Shown here piece after piece: positions 1 to 18,940 of a stretch of DNA of 64,000 nucleotides. Source of the DNA: the human T2T-CHM13v2.0 reference genome, Homo sapiens; NCBI RefSeq assembly GCF_009914755.1, contig NC_060947.1; one strand, written 5' to 3'. The stretch's first letter is position 1. Every line of letters starts with the position of its first letter. A program made the position numbers and the translations under genes. The notes beneath the pieces are model-generated. The model saw only the letters and a program-made list of their open reading frames with translations. It was not told the DNA's origin and made no database searches.

Positions 1-58
1 AAGAATTTATCCATGTAACCAAAAACCACCTGCACCCCCAAAAACTCTTGAAATAAAA
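1..58 (+). mobile_element. 3' end of an old L1 (L1MA/L1PB-type)
   Basis: CATGTAACCAAAAACCACCTGCACCCCC...GAAATAAAA matches the L1M/L1PB 3' terminus, as also seen at 18870-18920 and 33920-33965. Confidence 0.6.
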
Positions 59-257
59 ACATAAACTGAGGGTAAAAATTCAAAACCCTGAAAAAAAACA
101 CTTTCTACACAAATAATTGGAAAAAAAACTAAAATCAAACTGTTTATCAACACAATAGAGGTTAGAAAACAATTATGAGATCTCTTCCAATTTCTGAGGA
201 AACATAATCTTTTTAAAAATTATTCAGCTCATTGGATTGTTGTGACAATCAAATGAG

Positions 258-369
258 TACACACAGACACACACACACACTCCACACAAACACACATACA
301 CATACATATATACATATATTTCTTATACATTTACATAGTAAGCTTACATAGTAAGCTTACATAGTAAGT
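258..369. repeat. (CA)n/(TA)n microsatellite followed by a 3x 13-bp tandem repeat TTACATAGTAAGC
   Basis: Read directly; units at 331-343, 344-356 and 357-368. Confidence 0.85.
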
Positions 370-1106
370 ACTTATTCAATATTTGCTATTATTATTATAG
401 GTGCTGTTCTGAAGACTACAGCAGGGAACAAGATAGACATAATTCCTGCCCTCATGGAGTTTACATTCTGGTGGATAACTCCCATGACATTTTTTCATTG
501 AAAAGAACCTTCCCATTTTCATTCTCTCTGTATCAGTCTCTCTCTTTCTGTTCATATGTTTCTCATCTAGAATCTATCATCAGGCTCAAGTCTCTCAGAT
601 CTTAAAAAAATATATCAAACCTACCCTCACAAATTACCACTCTCTTTCCTCATCTTCACAGCCAAATTATTTAAGCTAGTTTTTTATATATGCTGTTTGA
701 ATTTGTGTATTATTTACATCTGAACCAACTGAAATATGACTTTTATCACCACCACTCCACTGAAACAACTTTTACAAAATCTTAAATGATCTACATGTAA
801 ATCTAAGTGACACATTTTAGTCATTCCCTACTTGAACTTTTTTTGTTGAAATACTCTCTTCTCTTGATCCCTTGTTGAAATACTCTCTTATATACTTCCT
901 CCATCTCTAGTAATTTTTCTTTCTCTCCTTTGCAGGTTCTTCACCCTCTATATGCCCCTTATATTCCTTAGTCCCTGTTCTCCTCTTCCTTTGTTTCCAT
1001 AGATGCTTTCTTGTCTATTCCTAATCTTGTCTCCAGATTTTCCATTATTCATCCTTCATTCTGGGGCCAAAGTGACCTATACCATATGCATAAATTATTA
1101 CTATGT

Positions 1107-1418
<312 letters not shown>

Positions 1419-1843
1419 ACTCTCCTGCTTAAGATATTTTAATTCCTCTCTATAACAAATGAGATAAATAATATGATACAGAAGGTTCTGCATGTCATGG
1501 TGACTGCTTTTATTTCTACCCTGACTTATATTTGATATTCTAGAAATACTTCATTTGTTGTAATTACCTGTACTCAACATGCTGTTTCATACTAGAATGT
1601 CTTACACCTAGAATGCCTGTTCTCTTGTTTTTACATAGCTAACTTCTACCTATTTTTTTTAATTAATCTCTCATATTACCTTCTCCAGTAAGCCTTCCCT
1701 GGTTACCTCTGGTTGAACTAAATGTCCTTCTTCTACATTCTGAAAGCTTGCTGGACATATCTCTATTACTGCTTCTGCCATATTATGGTGAAATTTATTG
1801 TATACATATTTGTCTTACATACCAAGGTTAAAGCTTCTTTATT

Positions 1844-1878
1844 TACACTTGATCTTAGCCAAAAAGCCAAAAGGTAAT
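1844..1878 (-). pseudogene. 3'-truncated (tailless) U2 snRNA retropseudogene, U2 nt 1-35
   Basis: TACACTTGATCTTAGCCAAAAAGCCAAAAGGTAAT resembles the reverse complement of the U2 5' end (TACACTTGATCTTAGCCAAAAGGCCGAGAAGCGAT). Flanked by direct repeat AAAGCTTCTTTATT at 1830-1843 and 1879-1892. Confidence 0.88.
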
Positions 1879-2051
1879 AAAGCTTCTTTATTTAAAGACA
1901 GTGGCTATCCATATTTCAATTTTCTGTTCCCAGATTGTAGCATAGTTCTCAATAAATATTTGTTAAACTAAACAGCATGTACAAAAACATGCATGTGTAG
2001 AATATGAGACACATTTGGATAACTGCAAAGAGTTCAGTGTAGCTACATTAG

Positions 2052-2475
2052 TGTCTTAATCCATTTGGGTTGCTATAAAGGGATATCTGAGACTGGGTAA
2101 TTTATTTTAAAAGGGAATTATTTGGCTCACTGTTCTACAGGCTGTATAAGAAGCGTGGTGCCAGCATCTGCATCTGGTGAGGGCCTCAGTCTGCTTCCAC
2201 TCATGATGGAAGGTGAAGGGGAGCTGGCATGTGCAGAGATCACGTGGTGAAAGAGGAAGAAAATAGAGAGGAAATAAAGAGGCCTGGATCTTTTTAACAA
2301 CCAGCTCTCATGGGGTCCAGCAGAGCAAGAACTTGCTTATTACCATGAGGACAGCACCAAGCCATTCATGAGGGATTTTACCTTATGACCCAAACACCTC
2401 CTGTTAGCCCCTACCCTCAACATTGGGGATCAAATTTCAACATGAGATTTGGAGGGTCAAACTTCCAAACTATAA
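2052..2475 (-). mobile_element. MaLR solo LTR (MST family, MSTB-like)
   Basis: TGTCTTAATCCATTTGGGTTGCTATAA...TTTCAACATGAGATTTGGAGG...CAAACTATA matches the reverse complement of an MST LTR. Confidence 0.75.
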
Positions 2476-3182
2476 ATAGAGAATATGCTTAGAAAAGAAC
2501 AGAAAATTTAAGTTACAGAGATAAACAGGAATTATTTCATAAATAGCTTTGTATACCATGCTAAAAAGTTTGGATTTTATTCTGAATAAAATCCATTGTA
2601 AATTGTTGGAAGAATTTTAATCAGGGTATGAGGGTAGCATTACTTGTTAAAAAATTACAAGATTTGTGTTGTAGTGGTAGAGGTTGAATTTGGTAGCACA
2701 ATATTGATTGCAGGTAATAAAATGCAGGAGACTATCAAATATATCTGTATAAAAAAATGCCTTAACAAAGACAGTGATAATGGAGAGAGAGGTAAAGAAA
2801 TAACCATAAAAGAATCAGTACAACTTTGTGACAGATTTAATGTTTGGAGGGGTTGTTGAGAAATATGGATGAGAAAAGAGTGATTTTTCAGTTTCTAAAC
2901 ATGGGATATTGGTGTCACCAACTGAAATAGAAAACATAAGATGAGATTCCAGTGAAGTTTTTCTAAGGGGTTAGAATGAATTTACATATTTATTCTCTCA
3001 ACAAATACTTATTGAACATCTTCCATGAGACAGGCATTGTTCCAGGCATTAATGATACATTAGTGAATAAATTAATTTCAATGTTAGAGGGTAAGTTCTA
3101 CATTTAAAAAGCAATAAAATGCTAAAGTGGTGGGAGGGAAAAACATTGGGAGAAGTTTGCAGTATTAAACAGGGTAATCAGG

Positions 3183-4088
3183 GGAGGAGGAGCCAAGATG
3201 GCCGAATAGGAACAGCTCCGGTCTACAGCTCCCAGCGTGAGCGACGCAGAAGACGGGTGATTTCTGCATTTCCATCTGAGGTACCGGGTTCATCTCACTA
3301 GGGAGTGCCAGACAGTGGGCGCAGGCCAGTGTGTGTGCGCACCGTGCGTGAGCCGAAGCAGGGCGAGGCATTGCCTCACCTGGGAAGCGCAAGGGGTCAG
3401 GGAGTTCCCTTTCCGAGTCAAAGAAAGGGGTGACGGACGCACCTGGAAAATCGGGTCACTCCCACCCGAATATTGCGCTTTTCAGACCGGCTTAAGAAAC
3501 GGCGCACCACGAGACTATATCCCACACCTGGCTCAGAGGGTCCTACGCCCACGGAATCTCGCTGATTGCTAGCACAGCAGTCTGAGATCAAACTGCAAGG
3601 CGGCAACGAGGCTGGGGGAGGGGCGCCCGCCATTGCCCAGGCTTGCTTAGGTAAACAAAGCAGCCAGGAAGCTCGAACTGGGTGGAGCCCACCACAGCTC
3701 AAGGAGGCCTGCCTGCCTCTGTAGGCTCCACCTCTGGGGGCAGGGCACAGACAAACAAAAAGACAGCAGTAACCTCTGCAGACTTAAGTGTCCCTGTCTG
3801 ACAGCTTTGAAGAGAGCAGTGGTTCTCCCAGCACGCAGCTGGAGATCTGAGAACGGGCAGACTGCCTCCTCAAGTGGGTCCCTGACCCCTGACCCCCGAG
3901 CAGCCTAACTGGGAGGCAACCCCCAGCAGGGGCACACTGACACCTCACACGGCAGGGTATTCCAACAGACCTGCAGCTGAGGGTCCTGTCTGTTAGAAGG
4001 AAAACTAACAACCAGAAAGGACATCTACACCGAAAACCCATCTGTACATCACCATCATCAAAGACCAAAAGTAGATAAAACCACAAAG
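3183..4088 (+). promoter_or_regulatory. L1 5'UTR internal sense promoter (YY1 site CAAGATGGC at 3194-3202) and antisense promoter
   Basis: CpG-rich L1HS 5'UTR is intact; the promoter architecture is established for L1HS. Confidence 0.85.
3418..3633 (-). CDS. L1 ORF0 (71 aa, antisense in the 5'UTR)
   Basis: MAGAPPPASLPPCSLISDCC...VRHPFL from the ATG at 3633 inside the 94-aa track ORF; length and sequence match primate L1 ORF0. Confidence 0.85.
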   Translation of the reverse strand: MAGAPPPASLPPCSLISDCCASNQRDSVGVGPSEPGVGYSLVVRRFLSRSEKRNIRVGVTRFSRCVRHPFL

Positions 4089-5105
4089 ATGGGGAAAAAA
4101 CAGAACAGAAAAACTGGAAACTCTAAAACGCAGAGCGCCTCTCCTCCTCCAAAGGAACGCAGTTCCTCACCAGCAACAGAACAAAGCTGGATGGAGAATG
4201 ATTTTGACGAGCTGAGAGAAGAAGGCTTCAGACGATCAAATTACTCTGAGCTATGGGAGGACATTCAAACCAAAGGCAAAGAAGTTGAAAACTTTGAAAA
4301 AAATTTAGAAGAATGTATAACTAGAATAACCAATACAGAGAAGTGCTTAAAGGAGCTGATGGAGCTGAAAACCAAGGCTCGAGAACTACGTGAAGAATGC
4401 AGAAGCCTCAGGAGCCGATGCGATCAACTGGAAGAAAGGGTATCAGTGATGGAAGATGAAATGAATGAAATGAAGCGAGAAGGGAAGTTTAGAGAAAAAA
4501 GAATAAAAAGAAATGAGCAAAGCCTCCAAGAAATATGGGACTATGTGAAAAGACCAAATCTACGTCTGATTGGTGTACCTGAAAGTGATGTGGAGAATGG
4601 AACCAAGTTGGAAAACACTCTGCAGGATATTATCCAGGAGAACTTCCCCAATCTAGCAAGGCAGGCCAACATTCAGATTCAGGAAATACAGAGAACGCCA
4701 CAAAGATACTCCTCGAGAAGAGCAACTCCAAGACACATAATTGTCAGATTCACCAAAGTTGAAATGAAGGAAAAAATGTTAAGGGCAGCCAGAGAGAAAG
4801 GTCGGGTTACCCTCAAAGGAAAGCCCATCAGACTAACAGCGGATCTCTCGGCAGAAACCCTACAAGCCAGAAGAGAGTGGGGGCCAATATTCAACATTCT
4901 TAAAGAAAAGAATTTTCAACCCAGAATTTCATATCCAGCCAAACTAAGCTTCATAAGTGAAGGAGAAATAAAATACTTTATAGACAAGCAAATGCTGAGA
5001 GATTTTGTCATCACCAGGCCTGCCCTAAAAGAGCTCCTGAAGGAAGCGCTAAACATGGAAAGGAACAACCGGTACCAGCCGCTGCAAAATCATGCCAAAA
5101 TGTAA
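4089..5105 (+). CDS. L1 ORF1p RNA-binding chaperone, 338 aa, open
   Basis: MGKKQNRK...NHAKM is full length with coiled coil, RRM, and REKG/ARR/YPAKLS motifs. Confidence 0.97.
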   Translation: MGKKQNRKTGNSKTQSASPPPKERSSSPATEQSWMENDFDELREEGFRRSNYSELWEDIQTKGKEVENFEKNLEECITRITNTEKCLKELMELKTKARELREECRSLRSRCDQLEERVSVMEDEMNEMKREGKFREKRIKRNEQSLQEIWDYVKRPNLRLIGVPESDVENGTKLENTLQDIIQENFPNLARQANIQIQEIQRTPQRYSSRRATPRHIIVRFTKVEMKEKMLRAAREKGRVTLKGKPIRLTADLSAETLQARREWGPIFNILKEKNFQPRISYPAKLSFISEGEIKYFIDKQMLRDFVITRPALKELLKEALNMERNNRYQPLQNHAKM

Positions 5106-5144
5106 AGACCATCGAGACTAGGAAGAAACTGCATCAACTAATGA

Positions 5145-8996
<3,852 letters not shown>

Positions 8997-10228
8997 ACAA
9001 TGAGATCACATGGACACAGGAAGGGGAATATCACACTCTGGGGACTGTGGAGGGGTCGGGGGAGGGGGGAGGGATAGCATTGGGAGATATACCTAATGCT
9101 AGATGACACATTAGTGGGTGCAGCACACCAGCATGGCACATGTATACATATGTAACTAACCTGCACAATGTGCACATGTACCCTAAAACTTAGAGTATAA
9201 TAAAAAAAAAAAAAAATTATATTAAGTGAAAAAAAAAATAGGGTAATCAGGTTAAGGTTCATAAAACTGATAAGATTTGAATAAAGATATATTGGAAAAA
9301 TAGTAGATATTTGGGGGAAGAATTTTTAAAGCTAAGGAAACAAATAGAAGACTCTGACATTGGATTGTAGTTTATGGGATCAAGGGACAAACTTATTCAT
9401 CATAGCTGGAGTAGAGTGGATAGATATTGAGAAAGTCAGAGAAGAATGTGGGAGAGGTGTTAGGTCATGTAAAGACTCATAGACCATTGTAAGAATTTTG
9501 GATTTGTTGAATTTGAGATGTCTCTGGAACATCCAGGGGAAAATTTCTGCCGATATTTGTCCACAAAGGCCTGGACTTCAGAACAGGTCTACATAGGAGA
9601 CTTCATTATATATATGGTACTTGTATCCATGGAAGTTGACAAGATATCTCGTAAATAATGTATGAGAAAATAGAAACAAGGATCAAACATGGAGAATATC
9701 AAAATTGAAGTTGTGAGTACAGAAGGGAAAGCTATAAAAAGGAGGTTGTGAGGGTAACTATGGAGTGCTTAACAACTTGGCTTTGGAGAAGAAAGATAAA
9801 ATAGTAGCTAAATGATTACCCCCATTCCGGAGAATAAGTGTTTGTTTGTTTTTATTAATGAGAAAATTTTGAATTTGTTTATAAATTGGCAGGGAAGAGC
9901 AGAGAGAGAAATTAAAATGCAAGACGGAGAGGAAAGAAAAGATAGGATTGAGATCTGAGACAAATTCTCTTCTGATAGATAAGATTTGCACTGGAGAAAG
10001 AATGCCTCTTCTGCTGAGAGAGAAATTGGCATTTGTGTGATGTGTCCCAAGATTTCTTCTATGTGCTTTATTTTTGTAGAGTAATAATAAAAATAACATT
10101 TTGAGTGCTTATTTTAGGCCAATTTTTATTATCTCATTTCATCCTCACAGTAAACTTATGAGGTCAGTATATTTATTATCCTTGTTTTACAGCTGATAAA
10201 AAGGAAATTTAGAACAACTTGCCAAGGT

Positions 10229-11819
<1,591 letters not shown>

Positions 11820-12708
11820 AAGGCAGGAAAATTTAAGTCTGTTAAGGTGCTCTCTCCCAGGGAGATGGGAGTTTTATCTATAAGCTCCTGACTGGGGCTT
11901 CTGCCTTTCTTTCAGATATGCCCTGCCCAGAGAGGAGGAATCTAGAGAGGCAGTCTGGCTACAGCAGCTTTGCCAAGCTGTGGTGGACTCTGCCCAGTTC
12001 CAACTTCCCAGCAGCTTTGTTTACACTGTGAGGAGAAAACCACCTACTCAGGCCTCAGTAATGTTGGACGCCCCTCCCCTCCTCCAGGCTGGAGGTCCCA
12101 GGTCGACTTCAGACTGCTGTGCTGGCAGCGAGAATTTCAAGCCAATGGATCTTAGCTTGCTGGGATCTGTGGGGATGGGATCCACTGCGCTAGACCACTT
12201 GGCTCCCTGGCTTCAGCTTCCTTTCCAGGGGAGTGTACGGTTCTGTCTCGCTGGCATTCCAGGCGCCACTGGGGTATGAAAAAAAAACAAAAAAAACAAA
12301 AAACAGAAAACTCCTGCACCTAGCTCAGTGTCTGCCTAAATGGCTGCCCAGTATTGTGCTTGAAACCCAGGGCCCTGGTGGCATAGGAACTCAAGGGAAT
12401 CTCCTGGTCTGCAGGTTGTGAAGACCATGGGAAAAGCATAGTATCTGGGTCAGAGTGCACCATTCCTCACAGCAAGGTCTCTTATGGCTTCCCTGGGCTG
12501 GGGGAGGGAGATCCCCAACCCCTTGCACTTCCCAGGTGAGGCAATGCCCCACCCTGCTCTGGCTCACCCTCTGTGGGCTCCACCCAGTGTCTAACCAGTC
12601 CTGATGAGATGAGCTAGGTACCTCAGTTGGAAATGCAGAAATCACCCACCTTCTGCTGGGAACTGCAGACTGGAGCTGTTCCTATTCAGCCATCTTGCCA
12701 GCCACTCC
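11820..12708 (-). mobile_element. L1PA 5'UTR segment, inverted relative to the adjacent ORF2 fragment
   Basis: Ends ...GGAGCTGTTCCTATTCAGCCATCTTG, the reverse complement of the L1 5' start; track ORF 12391-12645 resembles a translated L1 5'UTR. Confidence 0.82.
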
Positions 12709-14401
12709 AAGATTAATTTATTTTTATTCCTCAACTTGTATTTTAAGTTCAAGGGTACATGTGCAGGATGTGCAGGTTTGTTACATATGTAAACGTGTGC
12801 CATGGTGGTTTACTGCATCATTTCATCACCTAGTTATTAAGCTCAATATCCATTAGCTATTCTTTCTGATGCTCTCCATCCCCTCAAATCCCCCAAGCAG
12901 GCCCCAGTGTGTCTTGTTCCCCCGCCATGTGTCCATGTGTTCTCATCATCCAGCTTCCACTTATAAGTGAGAACATGCAGTGTTTGGTTTTCTGTTCCTG
13001 TGTTAGTTTGCTGAGGATAACAGCTTCAAGGCCTATCTATTTCCCTGTAAAGAACATGATCTTCATCCTTTTTATGGCTGCATTATATTCCATGCTGTAT
13101 ATGCACAACATTTTCTTTATCCAGTCTATCGTTGATGGACATTTGAGTTGACTCCATGTCTTTGCTATTGTGAATAGTGCTGCAATAAATATACATATGC
13201 ATGCATCTTTATAATAGAATGATTTCTATTCCTTTGGACATACACCCAGTAATGGGATTGCTGGGTCAAATGGTATTTCTGGTTCTAAAATTTCAAGAAT
13301 TGCCACACTGTTTACCACAATGGTTGAACTAATTTACACTCACACCAACAGTGTAAAAGTTTTCCTTTTTCTCTGCAACCTTGCCAGCATCTGTTGTTTT
13401 CTGACTTTTAATAATGGTCATTCTGACTGGTGTGACATAGTATCTCATTGTGGTTTGATTTGCATTTCTCTATGGATCAGTGGTGTTGATCTTCAGATGT
13501 TTGTTGGCCACATGTATGTCTTCATTTGAGAAGTGACTGTTCATGTCCTTTGCCCACTTTTTAATATGGTTATTTCTTTATCTCATAAATTGTTTAAGTT
13601 CCTTGTAGACTAGGTATTAGACCTTGGTCAAATGGATAGATTGCAAAAATGTTCTTTCATTTTGAAGGTTGACTGTTCACTGCTGATGATAGTTTATTTT
13701 GCTGTGCAGAAGCTCTTTGGTTTAATTAAGATTCTATTTGTCAACATTTGCTTTTGTTGCAATTGCTTTTGGCATTTTCATCATGAAATTTTCACCTGTA
13801 CCTATGTCCTAAATGGCATTTCCTAGATTTTCTTCTAGGGTCTTTACAGTTTTGGGTTTTACATTTAAGTCTTTAATCCATCTCCAGTTAATTGTTGTAT
13901 ATGGTGTAAGGAAGGGGTCCAGTTTCAGTTTTCTGCATGTGGATAGCCAGTTCTCCCAGCACCATTTATTAAATAGGGAATCCTTTCCCTATTGCTTGTT
14001 TTGTCAGGTTTGTTGAAGATCAGATATTTGTAGGTGTGTGGTCTTATTTCTGAGTTATCTACTCTGTTCCATTGATTTATGGGTCTGTTCTTGTAACAAT
14101 CCCATGCTCTTTTGGTTACTGTAGCCTTGCAGTATAGTTTGAAGTCAGGTAGAATGATGCCCCCAGCTTTGTTCTTTTTGCTTAGGATTGTCTGGTCTAT
14201 TCAGGCTCTTTTATAGTACCATTTGAATTTTAAAAGTTTTTTTTTCTAATTCTGTGAAGAATGCCAATGGTAGTTTAATGGGAATAGCATTAAATCTATA
14301 AATTACTTTGGCCAGTATGACCATTTTTGCAATATTGATTCTTCCTAATCATGAGAATGGAATGTTTATCCATTTGTGTCCTCTCTGATTTCTTTGAGTA
14401 G

Positions 14402-14771
<370 letters not shown>

Positions 14772-17700
14772 TATTTTATTATTTCACAGCAATTGTAAAT
14801 GGGAGTTCATTCATGACTTGGCTCTCTGATTCCCCTTGGTGGTGTATAGTAATACTAGCATTTTTTGGACATTGATATTGTACATATCTTGGGACTTTGC
14901 TGAAGTTCTTTATCAGCTAGAGGAGCTTTTGGGCCAAGACTATGAGGTTTCTAGATATAAAATTATGTCATCTGCCAACAGGCATAATTTTATTTCCTCT
15001 CTTCCTATTTGGAAGCCCTTTATTTCTTTCTCTTGCCTAATTGCTCTGGTCAGGACTTTCAATATTACGTTGAATAGGAGTGGTGAGAGAGGGCATTCTT
15101 GTCTTGTGCCAGTTTTCAAGGCTTCCACTTTTGCTCATTCCATATGATATTAACTGTGGGTTTGTCTATAAGGCTCTTATTATTTTGAGGTGTGTTTTTC
15201 AATACCTAGTTTATTGAGAGTTCTTAACATGAAAGAATGTTGAATTTTGTTGAAAGACTTTCTTGCATCTATTGAGATAATCATGTGGTTTTGTATTTAG
15301 CTCTGTTTATGTGATGAATCACATTTATTGATTTGTGTATGTTGAACCAACTTTGCATCTCAAGTATGAGGGCAATTTGATCATGGTGGATATCTTTTTT
15401 ATGTGCTGCTGGATTCTGTTTGTGAGTACTTTATTGAGGATTTTTGCATTGAGGTTCATGAAGAATATTGTCCTGAAGTTTTCTTTATTTGTTATATATC
15501 CGCCAGATTTTAATATCAGAATGATGCTGGCCTCATAGAATGAGTTAGGGAGAAGTACTTTCTTTTTTTTTCTTTTCTTTTTCTTTCTTTTTTTTTTTTT
15601 TTTATTTGATAGTCTCAGTAGAAATGGTACCAGCTCTTCTTTGTTCCTCTCATAGAATTGAGCTGTGAATCCATATGGTCCTGGGCTTCTTTTGGTTGGT
15701 AGGTATTGTTTATTAGTGTCTCAATTTCAGGACTCATTATTGGCCTATTCAGGCATTCAATTTCTTCCTGGTTCAGTCTTGGGAGGGTGGATGTGCTTAG
15801 GAATTCATCCATATTTTCTAGATTTTCTAGTTTATGTGCATAGAGGTGTTTATAGTATTCTCTGATGGTTGTTTGTATTTCTGTGAGGTCAGTGGTAATA
15901 TCCCCCTTCTCCTCTTTAATTATGTCTATGTACTTCTTCTCTCTTTTCTTCTTTATTAGTCTGCCTAGAAGTCTATTTTATTACTTTCTTCAAAAAACAG
16001 CTTCTAGATTCACGAATTTTTTGAAGAGTTTTTTGTATCTCTAGCTCCTTCAATTCAGCTCTATTCTTTGTTAATTGTTCTCTTCTGCTAGCTTTGAGGT
16101 TTATTTGCTCTTGATTCTCTAGTTCTTTTAGTTGAGATGTTAGGTTGTTAACTTGAGAGCTTCCTAGCTTATTGATGTGAGCATTTAGTGCTATAAATTT
16201 CCCTCCTAACACTACTTCAGCTATGTCCCAGAGATTCTGGTATTTTGTCTCTTTGTTCTCATTGGTTTTAAAGAACTTCTTAATTTCTGCCTTAATTTTA
16301 TTATTGACTCAAGAGTCATTCAGGAGCAGGTTGTTCAATATCCATGTAGTTGTTTGGTTTTGACTGAATTTTTTAATTTTGAGTTATGTTTGTGCTATAG
16401 TCTGAGAGAATGTTATGATTTCAGTTCTTTTGCATCTGCTGAGGTGTATTTGACTTCTGATTATGTAATTAATTTCAGAGTGAGTGGCATGTGGTGATTA
16501 AAAGAATCTATATTCTGTTGTTTTTAGGTGGAGAGTTCTGTAGATATCTATCAGGCCCACTTGATCCAGAGCTGAGTTCAGGTCCTGAATATCTTTGTTA
16601 ATTTTCTGTCTCGATGGTCTGTCTAATATTGTCAGTGGAGGTGTTAATGTCTTCCACTATTATTGTGTGGGAATCTAAGTCTCTTTATAGATCTTTAAAA
16701 ACTTGCTTTATGAATCTGGCTGCTCCTGTATTGGGTGCATATGTATTTAGGATAGTTAGCTCTTCTTGTTAAATTCAACTTTTTACCATTATGTAATGTT
16801 ACTCTTTGCCTTTTTTTATTTTTGTTGGTTTAAAATATGTTTTGTGAGAAACTAGGATTGAATTCCCTGATTTTTTGTTTTCCATTTACGTGGAAAAATT
16901 TTCTCCATCCCTTTATTTTGAACCTTTGCACGTGAGATGGTTCTCTTAAAGACAGCATACCAATCGGTCTTGGCTCTATCAAGCTTGCCATTCTGTGTCT
17001 TTTAATTGGGGGTATTTATTTCATTTATATTTTAATTGGGGTATTTAGCTCAATAAATTTAGCTCATTACATTCTTACATATAAAATTCTGGATTAAAAA
17101 TTCTTTTCTTTAAGTATGTTGAATATTGGCCCCCAATCTCTTCTGGCTTGTAGGGTTTCGACTAAAGGTCCCACTGTTAGTCTGATGGGTTTTCCTATGT
17201 AGATGAGCTGGCCTTTCTCTCTGGTGCCCCTAACATTTTTATTTTATTTTGACCTTGGATAATCTGATGATTATGTGTCTTGGTGTTGATCTACTCATGG
17301 AGTATATTACTGGGGTTCTCTGCAATTCCTGAAGTTGAATGTTGGCCTGTCTTACTGTGTTGGGAAAGTTCTCCTGGATGAAATTCTGAAGTATGTTTTT
17401 CAACTTGGTTGCAGCATTCTCCTTGTCTCTTTTCGGTACCCTATTCAGTCATAGTTTCAATCTCTTTACACATACCCATATTTCTCAGAGGTTTTGTTCA
17501 TTTCTTCTTATTTCTATTGTTGTTTGCCTTTCTGATTTCAGAAAGATAGTCTTCAAGATCTAAGATTCTTGTCTCCACTTGTTCTATTCTGCTATTGATA
17601 CTTGTGGTAGCATTGTGAAGTTCTCATGCTGTGTTTTTCAGCTCCATCAGGTCAGTTATATTCCTTTCTAAACTGGCTCTTCTGGCTACAAGCTCCTGTA

Positions 17701-18314
17701 TTGTTTTATCATGACTCTTAGCCTCTTTGCATTGAGTTACAACATGCTCTTTCAGCTCAGTGAAGGTCATTATTATCCACCGTCTGGAGCCTTCTTCTGT
17801 CAACTCTGCCATCTCGGCCTCAGCCCAGTTCTGTGCCCTTGCTGGAGAAGTGTCACAATCATTTGCAGAAGAGACACTCTGGTTTTTTAGTTTGTAGCAT
17901 TTTTACATTGATTCTTTCTCATCCTTATGGGCTTATCTACCTTCAATCTTTGAGGTTGCTGACCTTCAAATAGGGTTTGTATGGGCTCTACTTTGTTGAT
18001 GTTGTCATTCTCCCTTTCTGTTGGTTTGCTTTTCTTTTAATAGTCAGGCCACTCTACCATAGGGCTGCTGTGGTTTGCTGGGTTTCCCTCCAGACTGTAG
18101 TTGCCTTGGTTTATTCCCATACCTGGAGGAATCAACAGTAAAGGCTGTAAAACAGCAAAGATGGCAGCCAGCTCCTTCCTCTGAAAGCTCCATCCCTGGG
18201 GTATACTGACCTGTTGCTGGCCCAACAACCAGGAAAATGGCTGGAGGCCCCTGTTTGGAGGTCTCACCCAGTAAGGAGTAACAGGATCAGGGACCCACTT
18301 AAAGAAGCAGTCTT

Positions 18315-18940
18315 TTGGTGGGAATGTAAACTAGCATAACCACTATGGAAAACAGTGTGGAGAGTCCTTAAAGAACTAATAATAAAACTCCCATTTGATC
18401 CAGCAATCCCACTACTATGTATCTACCCAGAGGAAAAGAAGTCATTATATGAGAAAGATACTTGCACATGCATATTTATGGCAGCACAATTTGCAATTGC
18501 AAAAATGTGGAACCAGTCCAAATGCCCATCAATCAATGAGTGCATAACAAAATTGTGGTATATTTATACATATGATGAAATACTACTCAACCATAAACAT
18601 GCATGGCATTCACAGCAACCTGGATGGAACTGGAGGCTATTATTCTAAGTGAAGTAACTCAGAAATAAAAAAACAAACATTATATGTTCTCACTCATAAG
18701 TGGGAGCTAAGCTATGAGGACACAAAGTCATAAGAACTATACAATGGACTTTGGGGACTCAGGTGAAAGAGTGGGAGCAGGGTGAGAGATAAAAGACTAC
18801 AAATTGAGTTCAGTGTATACTTCTCAGGTGATGGGTACACAAAATCTCAGAAATTACCACTAAAGAACTCACCCATGTAACCGAATACCACCTGTTCTCC
18901 CAAAACCTATGGAAATAAAAATAAGTAAAAAAATAAATAA
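18315..18940 (+). mobile_element. 5'-truncated L1PB/L1MA-type 3' end inserted in the 5'UTR of the minus-strand L1
   Basis: ORF2 C-terminal peptide [10 protein letters not shown], 3'UTR and A-rich tail; the host 5'UTR resumes afterwards. Confidence 0.85.

Noticed and set aside
9040-9075. G-quadruplex-forming tract
   Set aside because: Standard L1 3'UTR polypurine tract
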